Shown one piece after another: positions 1-9,331 of a stretch of 24,918 bases of DNA. Position 1 is the stretch's first letter, and each line of letters starts with the position of its first letter. The stretch is from Macrostomum lignano (Eukaryota): NCBI GenBank assembly GCA_002269645.1, contig NIVC01005143.1:1-24918 (forward strand), read 5' to 3'. A program made the position numbers and the translations under genes. The notes below the pieces were generated by a model. That model saw only the letters and a list, made by a program, of their open reading frames with translations, was not told the origin of the DNA and made no database searches.

Positions 1-19
1 TTACTTGTATACACCAATA

Positions 20-140
20 GTGTATGCCAACAAAGTTTGCAGGGGTTGTGTATGCCAATTATGTATGCCAAGGACTTAGGGTAGCTGTTTTGTATGCTAG
101 AAAAGTTCTGGCATACATGCATACCATCCACAACCTGGTA
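20..140. repeat. Cluster of degenerate (T)GTATGCCAA motifs, probably the decayed end of a repeat cut by the window edge
   Basis: GTATGCCAA occurs three times in 20-72, with variants GTATGCTAG and inverted GGCATACA/GCATACCA up to about 140. It resembles a CG-to-TG version of the GGTACGCCAA motif at 1290-1842. Confidence 0.5.
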
Positions 141-1267
141 TATTTGATATATATTTGTATATAGCAAAGCTGTTGGAAAAAAGATTTTCTATTTAGGTAC
201 AGCTTCCTTTATCTGCTTTTGTATTTAATGGAAACAATAGCAAACAGTGAAGTAACATAACATTTTGCTATAAGAATAGTATTTTTCTAGATATAATTAG
301 CTTTTTCCTATTTCTATCTATTATTTTATTGCTATTTTTGTTAAGATAAATGTGGACATAGCTCGTAGACAGTCCAGAGTTAGAATTTTTAAAGTACATT
401 TTGAGAAACAAAAAAGTTCTATAGAAAGAGTTCATAATAAACAAAATTAAAAGAAGGAAAAACTACATTGAAATATGCTCAGAAATTATAGTTTAAAATT
501 CAAAATTCAAAATTGCTGTCATTCAAAATTCAAATTCAATTTGCTTCAAAATTCTAGCTCATTTAATTATGCTAATCTATAAAAAACATTTAATTTTTTT
601 TTAATTTGTTAATTTTAAATTTTTATATAATAATTATAAAAAAACATTCTTTGAAAACAAAACATTTTTTTAATAATGCCAATTTAGAAATTATGAAATA
701 TATGTTTGATTTGTATTGGCCTTGTTCCAATTGTTTTAAATAAGTATTTGTCTTCATAGGCTTATTGTATTGTACATTGATCATCTTTGCTCATTTTGCA
801 TAATGACTATTTTCTAATGGCTATAGATCTAATAGGAACAGTCTTTTATAGGCAATTATCTAGACCTATTAATAAAGTCTTTGAACATTATCATTAGAAG
901 TATCTTGTTTTGAATCTTATCATTTCATTTTGATCTTATCTTAAACAAAATCTTAATATTACTATTAATTACCCATTAAAAAGTAATTTTTTCTGCTATA
1001 TTATACCTATAAACTGCACTGCTAGAATATCATTCATTGCTAGATCCATAGCCTTTAGAAATGGGTTTTGGTGCCAGAACTCTAGCCATTGCTATTATTT
1101 TTGTTATTATACATAATATCAAAATTTAATGACTACAGTATATTTTGTTATTATTATATAATTTGGCATTTATTTGTTTTTAAAAATTTAGACTTTTTTC
1201 TATAGCAATAGACAGAAATAGGAATATGAATTTCAAGGTGCTTGTGCTGATCAGTGATCACATTGGC

Positions 1268-1862
1268 ACCATAGTCCGGATGGTGTAATGTGGTACGCCG
1301 GAAGGAAAAAGGAGGATTCCCAAGTGGTACGCCAGTGGTACGCCAAAAGAAAGACGTGGGGGTCCCTCAGTGTTTAACGTTGCGGCACTAAAAATTTCGA
1401 CTTTGAAAACGGTAAAAATGTGGCGGACAAACTTTAACAATTATTAAAAAATAACAGATATAATCAGCGCTCAGAAATTTATTTACCAATAATACTAGGC
1501 TAAATTATTTTATTAATATATTTATGAAATGATTATTCAAGTTATACAATTATGCAGGAAAAAATATATGCAATTTTTTACGTAAAATACATTGTCGTGT
1601 GATGTAGTCGTATCTTGTATGTCGTAATTTACGCAAAATTACAAAAATTTTTTACTCTGGCAACGATTTTTTTGCCTGGTGGTGCCAATGGTACGCTAAA
1701 AGTGGTACGCCAATTCAACTTCAGCCTGGTGGTACGCCAAAGGTGGTACGCCAAATGCTTTTTTGAATCGGTGGTACGCCAATGATGGTACGCCAATTTT
1801 TCGGAAAACTCATTTGGTACGCCGGAAATCTCCGGCGTACCAGTCACCTTCCGGAGCATGGC
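1268..1862. mobile_element. MITE-like non-autonomous DNA element with subterminal TGGTACGCC repeats
   Basis: Imperfect terminal inverted repeats: left CCATAGTCCGGATGGTG..TGGTACGCCGGA versus reverse complement of right end CCATGCTCCGGAAGGTG..TGGTACGCCGGA. About ten TGGTACGC(C/T) copies cluster near both ends around an AT-rich core. I could not identify a TSD. Confidence 0.6.
1815..1842. other. Perfect hairpin, 12-bp stem and 4-nt loop
   Basis: TGGTACGCCGGA-AATC-TCCGGCGTACCA, read directly. Confidence 0.9.
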
Positions 1863-1958
1863 ATTGGCATTAGACATTTTTGCCTTTTTGCTTCAAATCA
1901 AAAGCAATTTGCTTCAATAATCTCAATTCACTGATTTTAGATTTAGTTAGGGCCTAGG

Positions 1959-2378
1959 GGTGTAGGACCAAGACTGCCACACACCAAGACCACCACACTT
2001 GGGGGAGATAGGAGGGAGGAATTTGGCTCGCCATGTTATTGGATAGGGCTGAGGAGGGGTGAGATGGGGAGAGCCAGCAAGACAAGGCCACGAGAGAGGA
2101 ACTGGTAAGCAGGCTAGCCTGGCTAGGTAGGTGAGTGAGCCAGGCTCCTTGTTTTTTTCATTTAATTTGAATTGTTAAAATTGCCCTGGTTGACGTGCAA
2201 TCATTTTGGGCCACTTATTCATCTTATTAGTGACCAATCTTAGGACACTTCCTCCTCATCTAACTCCACAACCCATCATAACCAATTGCAATGCTGGAAG
2301 ATTGGTAGCTTCCCCTCAATTCCAATAGTCAGTAAGAGCTGTGGCGGTCTTGGTATGTGGCGGTCTTGGTCATGCGCC
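1959..2378. mobile_element. 420-bp MITE with 9-bp TSD, Mutator(MULE)-like non-autonomous element
   Basis: Direct repeat GGGCCTAGG at 1950-1958 and 2379-2387. TIR of about 38 bp: left GGTGTAGGACCAAGACTGCCACACACCAAGACCACCAC versus reverse complement of right GGCGCATGACCAAGACCGCCACATACCAAGACCGCCAC. A 9-bp TSD with G-starting TIRs is typical of MULEs. Confidence 0.8.
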
Positions 2379-2957
2379 GGGCCTAGGGGCCTATGCTCCC
2401 TGGTAAATAATCAAGAAATTTATACAATATTTAAATATTAGGCCCCGCCGCCCCTATACCAAAGTGTAGACCTAGGCTAGGCTAAACTGTATAGCAGAAA
2501 ATATTATCCATTTAAATTTAAGTCGGACCACATATTGATAATATATTAATATAATTATAAATGTTGCAACTTGCAAGTCTTGCAACTGATTATAGAAATT
2601 AATTATCCATAGGCCTAATAACATAGGTGATATTACAATATCACTAATCACAGTTTTATCTATGTGTATGAGCAGGCCTATGACTATAGAGTAGTCATGC
2701 CAATCATGTCGGTTGCAGCAAGTGAAGCCAGCAATTTTAACAACAAGGGCAAGGGGTTCTATTCTATGTAAAAAATCACATTTAGTAGTTGTTTAAAATC
2801 GTGATTGTAAGAAACTATCAGTATAAACAAAGTGTTATTAATATAGTTAAATTATATTGTTTTTAGTTGTATGCCTTCGTAAGAAAATATTAAAAAGGCT
2901 TTCAATAAATTAAAAAATAAGAGCCTCTTTACTGCACATAGAGTTTTCGCGTTCCAG

Positions 2958-3360
2958 GACATTCGGTCAACCGGCAGTAGGTCAACCAGAGACATTACAG
3001 CGGCAACTCGGCAAATTGATTATAGCTGCATCTGCATCAGTGAGAGAAGTCGTTATCTGATGTCAAATTTGTTTAAAACGTGTACACTCAGAAAACTTTT
3101 CGTAACTTTTGTAGCACCTGTAACAACTTTTAGCATTTCTATGGAAGGCGCCATCTTACGATGACGGCCTTAAGTCTGGGACTGATGTCCGTTTCTCTGT
3201 TTATTTCAATTTTAAAACTGCTTCAATTTTTCTAGCAAAAGTAACGTGACGTTAATGTTAGCGGCTAACATGCCCGACAAAGATCGAATTTTGGCTTAAA
3301 ATAAATGTCGGTGGTCGAAATGTCGGTTGACGAAATGCCGGTAGAAGAAATCGGTTTACC
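2958..3360. mobile_element. Possible degenerate MITE with inverted ~15-bp subterminal motifs
   Basis: GACATTCGGTCAACC and GGCAGTAGGTCAACC on the left; three inverted relatives (reverse complement CATTTCGTCAACC, GACATTTCGACCACC) at 3303-3345. Termini and TSD are not defined. Confidence 0.35.
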
Positions 3361-3972
3361 AGTTTTTATGATGAGCCATTGATACGAATGAATTGGGTGT
3401 AAATTATTCTTCAATTTGTTGCTAGGCCGGGTCCTTTTGCAGGCTTTGGGTCTTTTTGTCCGTTCTTGGGTAGGTGGGAGTAGTCCTTAGGAGCATATTT
3501 TTCTGTTGAAGGCAGTTGATCTTCCTAATTTTAGGATGCAATCAGACTAGAAATAAGACATACTATACATGTAAGAACTGTACGTAAGCATAAGGGAACT
3601 AGCGAGACTAGGCTGTAGCAGTCGTTTTTCCTGATCAGTTTCGAGAAGTTCATCAGCCTTCTTGCAAGGTGCAACCCTCACAGCACTTCTGAATTCCATA
3701 ATCTAATTAAAACAAAGTAAGCTAAGGATACTGTACCAAAATCTTGCTCCGGATTGCTATTCTGGCTCACATATTCTACTTAGACAAGGTTAGATAGACA
3801 CATGGGCATTAGGAAAGTTGCTACGCTCGTATCAAGCGGTCGTTTTCAGGTAAAGTCTGCGCAAAAAATTCGGCAAAAACAATGGCATTTCAATCAACAT
3901 GTATCGATGTGTACGATGTGTATCGCCTTAACCGCAAGTGTAAAGTCTTATTGAATTCTTTGGGTGAAAAAA

Positions 3973-4339
3973 TAGGGGGCCGTAGCCCAGCGGTAGCGCA
4001 GCTGCTCTGGTGTGCCAGCGACCCAGGCTCGATTCCAAGTGCAGTCACATTAATTTGGGGCTGAATTGGAATCTCGGCTTGGCTCTGCTCGTGCAATTAA
4101 CGGCCTTGAGAGCCAACCGCCCAAGGCGCAGTGAAGTGTACATGCCTAACGATAATATAAAGTTAGGGCCGCTGTACACTCCTGTGTGAGTGTGTGCCTG
4201 CGTACGTATCCGCGCGCTTGTGTGCCTGCTCAGGGGAGTCGGCGGAATGGGCAGTAATGCCTCTCGCCGGATGTGTGCCTATGTCACTTAAAGTGCGCCA
4301 GGGTGCACACAACCCCCCCTGCCTCTAATAAATAAAAAA
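3973..4339 (+). mobile_element. tRNA-derived SINE
   Basis: tRNA-like head GGGGGCCGTAGCCCAGCGGTAG with Pol III A-box (3983-3993) and B-box GGCTCGATTCC (4026-4036). A-rich tail CTAATAAATAAAAAA. 12-bp TSD TTGGGTGAAAAA at 3960-3971 and 4340-4351. Confidence 0.85.
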
Positions 4340-5999
4340 TTGGGTGAAAAATGCCTTTGATAAAGCCCGAACGAAAGGCGCGCCTGGTCTGGATCACTGC
4401 ACCCCGGTGGATGAACTAATTTTACTCCCTTCAAATTTACGCGTGTTGTGGCCGTATCGGCGCTCGCAGTAAAATTCCCCGGCCTTCTTCGCTTCCAATT
4501 TCAGAATTTCCTATGCATGACTTTGGATAAAGCCACGTGGGGGTAGACGAATTTCTCGATTTTTTGACATGTCGATCTGGACATTCGCGCTGGGGACGGT
4601 GCGGGAGCGCTGTAGGGTGCGAGTGGTTTTGAACGTGCACGCCTGGTCAACACTCTTCTTCACTTCATTTATCTATTCTCTCCTATCTCTAAAAGTTGAA
4701 GCGTCCCCCCCCTGACAGAAAAACACGCAAGTCAACCAAGCAAAGCAGCTGCTTCTTGTCGTCCGCGGCAGCAGCAGCCTTGCATCCAAGCGTCGATCTT
4801 ACGAGCCTTCCCGGCACCAAAAAATCTACTGCCGAGTGGGAAGCGTAGCGTCATGAAATGCAGTTGTTTTTTAACTAAAAAAATTTAAATTTAATTTTCT
4901 GTTTCTGCGCCGAAACTTTGCAGTAACAAAATGAGCTGGAAGCAACGAGGCTCTTGCGTCATCATTCTCAAGGAGCGAGTGGATCATCAACTAAGCAGCT
5001 TTGAGCTGCGGTAGAAATGTTGTCGAAGATGCACCCCGTTCCGCTGACTCGTCAGCTCGCACACGAACGCTACTGTAGTATAACTGCACGCGAAAACTCA
5101 AAGATCGTGTCCAGGATATTAGCCTCCCAAAAATTCGAATTTTATATCCTGTTACGCTAAAGTGGTCCTTGGCAATCACACGCTCACACAGGGTGTTACA
5201 GCGGTCCTGACTTTCTAATCGTAAGGCATGTACACTCTCTGCGTCTTGGTGGTTGGCACTCGTTGGCGAGAAACTCACGACAACCCCCAAGCCAGTTTTT
5301 TGGTCCCTTTGAGTAATAAAAAAATATTGTTTTCATTCGTTTCAATATTTTCACCTTCTTTCCATAGACAGATTTAATCAAGAAAAATGCCAATTTTTTC
5401 AGAGCATGCTCTATGTTTAAAGTAAATGTACTAGCCAGCATCCGTTCCTAACCGACCTCCAGTCGATCCCATCACTAAAACCGACAATGAGGGCGGAAAA
5501 AAAATCTCAGAAATCCTTCCATTATTTGTGATCTTCCTCAAAGTTCACGCGCTCATTCAAAGTGGTACGCACTCTCCAAAAAACACTCTCCTTGATTCGG
5601 ATCCAAATCCTCGAAAATACCGCAAACAACTTGATTGACTATACGGTAGGTAGAATGGCAAGCGCAGAAGAACCATGCTGAAGAAATGCCGATATGATCT
5701 CGGGGCGATCTTCGTTGGCAGCAAGTTACACCAGCCATGCACTCGATGGATCTCTATCTGCGCCTGTTCCTGTCAGTTACCTGTGCGTGCTCTTGGCAAC
5801 ACTGCACCCTCACTGCATGGCACAGCGGGGGTCCTGTTTGGGCTATACTATAGATAGATCTCCCACCCTCCCACTTTAGATCGTAGTGTAGCACTCGGCC
5901 AAGTGCGCCAACTATTTGGCCATTTGACTGGCATAGCCGCATAAAGCTAAACTCGTTTCTCCTCCCCCCACTGCATGGTCGTTTAATCCCTCTGTGTAT

Positions 6000-6000
<1 letters not shown>

Positions 6001-6048
<48 letters not shown>
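6001..6048. repeat. (CT)24 microsatellite
   Basis: Read directly. Confidence 0.97.
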
Positions 6049-6050
<2 letters not shown>

Positions 6051-6528
6051 GACTTGCATGGCGACTGCTTGAAAACCGCCAGCTACAGATCTGATTGGCT
6101 GGGAGGGCGCCACTCCTGCTCGCTTGATCTCACCCTTCTCTCTCCCCCTATAAGCTGCTATCTTCTTTAAAAGCCTGACAACATAAAGTTGCATTAAGGA
6201 AACGCGATTGCGTATTGAAGTCCCGTCTTGAGTCGCGTCCTGTTTCTATAGACAGCTCAGGGCAGCCCGCAAAAAAGGACAGCAAAAAGTCGTTCTCTTG
6301 AGAGAACGGGTAGGCAGGAGATAGAGAAGTCTGAGCCAAAGAAGCTCGAAAGTCTCCCGGGCATCATAATAACAAATTTCTATTTGGCTTCCTACCAACC
6401 CCGAACCAGAGGGCCGGACACGGTTTAATAGCATTCTCATATCTGTTTTATGCGAGCTTCCAGGCCGCCCTCAGTCATCGTTTTGCATAGCCATAGGAAA
6501 TAACTGAACTTAGTGGCAACGACAAGAA

Positions 6529-6658
6529 ATGGGCTGCGAGATGGCCAAGCTGAGGCGGCTGGACATCTCGCTTGAGAACGGATTGGGAATCTACAACCCT
6601 GGCGATCTGGTCAACGGCCTCGTCTGCGTGGACGTTACTGACAGCACGGAAGTTCACG
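6529..6658 (+). CDS. Alpha-arrestin (ARRDC/TXNIP-like) coding exon 1
   Basis: MGCEMAKLRRLDISLENGLGIYNPGDLVNGLVCVDV matches the arrestin-N start (Y-x-P-G-D/E-x-V-x-G-x-V). Phase-1 donor G|GTGAGA at 6659. Start could be ATG 6529 or 6541. Confidence 0.85.
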
Positions 6659-6709
6659 GTGAGAGTTTTAACGTGGCTATTTATTTCCCTGATCGTGTTT
6701 CAGATGGAA

Positions 6710-7230
6710 AATCTAGCCAACACATCCCGGATGAAGGAATTGAATGGATTGCTAATCTAGCCAGCATCACTGATGAAGGAATAGAATGGATTGCTAATCT
6801 AGCCAGCATCACTGATGCAGGAATAGAATGGATTGCTAATCTAGCCAACACATCACGGATGAAGGAATATAATGGATTGCTAATCTAGCCAGCATCACTG
6901 ATGCAGGAATAGAATGGATTGCTAATCTAGCCAGCATCACTGATGCAGGAATAGAATGGATTGCTAATCTAGCCAACACATCACGGATGAAGGAATATAA
7001 TGGATTGCTAATCTAGCCAGCATCACTGATGCAGGAATAGAATGGATTGCTAATCTAGCCAGCATCACTGATGCAGGAATAGAATGGATTGCTAATCTAG
7101 CCAGCATCACTGATGCAGGAATAGAATGGATTGCTAATCTAGCCAACACATCACGGATGAAGGAATATAATGGATTGCTAATCTAGCCAGCATCACTGAT
7201 GAAGAAATAGAATGGATTGCTAATCTAGCC
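6710..7230. repeat. Intronic minisatellite, 12 units of 42-bp (A) and 44-bp (B) variants
   Basis: A=AATCTAGCCAGCATCACTGATGCAGGAATAGAATGGATTGCT; B=AATCTAGCCAACACATCACGGATGAAGGAATATAATGGATTGCT. Order is B A A B A A B A A A B A plus a 9-bp partial unit. Confidence 0.95.
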
Positions 7231-7677
7231 AATTATCAAGCGCACTGAGTAACCCGGATGAAAAGCTGCTGCAGTCCTTAGCTGATCCAATAATCTGCAG
7301 GGAATTACAAGCTGATGCCATCATCCTTATGCCACGGATGGGGTAAAAAGTAGAAAAGTACACAGTAGTAGAAGCTTCAAACTTTGGGAGGGGGAACCCA
7401 GATCGTTAACCTATTAGTCAAGGCATTTGGCTTTGACATTTGAAATCCAGCAGCACGTAGTAAACGGCGAATCAGGGCTGCGCTCACTCGCAAATGATCC
7501 ATCAATCATGGATGGCCAATCTAGCTGGTTCGAGTTTAAAAGACAACTATTTAGAATAATATTAGATATATAAACGGTTTAACAGAGGCGCAAAATACAT
7601 TTTAATTTCCACTACCAACAGTTGGTATCGTGTGTGGTCCAGCAGAGTATAGAAAAAGCCTTGGGAAGATGGGAAAA

Positions 7678-7878
7678 GACGAGAGAGAGAGAGAGGGGGT
7701 CGAATGGGGGAGATAGAGGCAGTAGGGGATTCCCTGATCGGACCAAAGGAAGGGGGGCGAAGCGTGCAGCGAGAAGTGGATCGCGCTCGGACGGGGGAGC
7801 CCGGGCAAGAGAAGAGCCAGAGAGAGAGAGAGAGACGAGAGAGAGAGAGAGAGAGAGAGACGAGAGAGCGCGAGAAAG
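7678..7878. repeat. GA-rich purine tract with interrupted (GA)n microsatellites
   Basis: (GA)n at about 7678-7696 and 7819-7877; a further (GA)(GT) run at about 8109-8131. Confidence 0.85.
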
Positions 7879-9331
7879 ATAGCAAAATGGCTTAGTTGCC
7901 AGGGTTTTTCGAAACGAATGACGGAGTTTATCCAGCCTGGCGCATTGCCCAGTTCTGCATTGCCCTGAAAGTGGGGGAGGGAGCTGGGGGAGCTAAAAGA
8001 GGGGGCAGGGCAGGGCCGGTGCTGCACTCGAGTGTCTCTGCAGCTTGGCTGCAAAGAATGCCGCATAATTCAAGCTATACGGTGATGCTGCACCATGCCT
8101 AACCGAATCGAGAGAGAGAGTGTGTGTGTGCGTGGCTTCAGCCCACCGCATCGCCTGCATGGGAGAGTCTAAAAAAGCGCAACACCCACCCCGCCTCTGA
8201 GCCATCGAAATGGGATGTCACCCTGCTAACGGGGGACGATTTATGCTAGAGAGGTTTTGGGTTTTGTATGGGGCGCGACCCGCCTACCAGGAGTTTATGC
8301 ACGTTTCGGTTGAAACCGAAGCGCGGTCACTGCATGAGTTCGGCCATGTATTTTTCATAGGCCGGCAGAATGGGATGGGGAGGGAGGGTTGCTTGATTTC
8401 CCAGCAACTGCAGGCTGCTGCAGTGTAGCAACAAATTTATGGCAGCATACCGAGCCGCTGAGTCAATTAACCACAACAGCATGCATGAGTTCTTAGAGCA
8501 AAAACGCATCAAAGTATCTTATAGTATTTTCTGCCTGCCTCTAATGTTTTACTCTATTTACATGAAAATCATATAGAAAACTGGACGAAAATGCATCAGT
8601 AGCGACAGCTTAAATACAAAAACAGCGAAAAAACTACAACTGGTTCTTAATTGAAGAATCTTTTTGTAAGGAAGCTCAGAAATTGTTATGCTGAAAATGA
8701 CGATTTACATTTTTTGCAGCTCATGTATACTCAGCAACATCGAAAAGTCGCCATCACAGAACATTCCGTCTGTGGTCGCCACTTTTAAGAGAGCAAGTAA
8801 AGTCTCAATCTTTGCAGTGACGCAACTCAGCTACGCAGACTTGAGTTGAGGAATGAAGTGGGGAGCGGTGTGCGAGGGTTGGGCGGATTAAAGCTATTAA
8901 AGATATTTCAGAATAGTTTATGAGAAAGCGCTCACTGGCTCATAGAGTGGCGAATTTTCAATGTTGCTGAGCATATACTCTCGAAATATACATTTATCTT
9001 GCTTCAAAAATCTGACATACTCGCACCTGTATAATAAACAAAATCGATTGCTTTCAAATCTGCTTTGAGCAAAATAATTTGCATGCGAGGCCATTTGTCG
9101 TTGTGGGAACCGAGACATTTAAACAAAATGATAAACATTCTTTGTCTGAGACACCCGTTTCCACTTTTCAGTCCCCATCTTCTAAAAACTTTAGATTTAG
9201 TTTAAATTTTGCAAATGAAAATAGCCTCGCATGATGAGAATAATTTGCAGATACCAGTAAAAGCAAAACGCTAATGTATAATGTACAGCATCTGAATGAA
9301 TACTTAAAGCAGGAGCTGAAGGACGGATTTG

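Noticed and set aside
700-1150. Possible decayed transposon coding remnant in the AT-rich region
   Set aside because: Stops in all frames and no motif I can identify.
3975-4048. Functional tRNA gene
   Set aside because: The acceptor and anticodon stems do not close properly, and the sequence continues into a body with an A-tail and TSD, so it is a SINE head.
6659-6888. Extension of the exon 1 ORF into IANLASITDxGIEW repeats, and the antisense repeat ORF 6964-7149
   Set aside because: They run past a consensus donor at 6659 into the minisatellite; the 44-bp units break frame; arrestin homology continues at 17326.
6710-7230. CRISPR-like appearance of the regularly spaced repeats (also the GGTACGCC cluster at 1290-1842)
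   Set aside because: No unique spacers, no cas genes, and a eukaryotic context.
5754-8066. ERER/SLSL-rich ORFs (5754-6194, 7562-7885, 7602-8066, 7622-7882, 7704-7895)
   Set aside because: They are products of GA/CT microsatellites.
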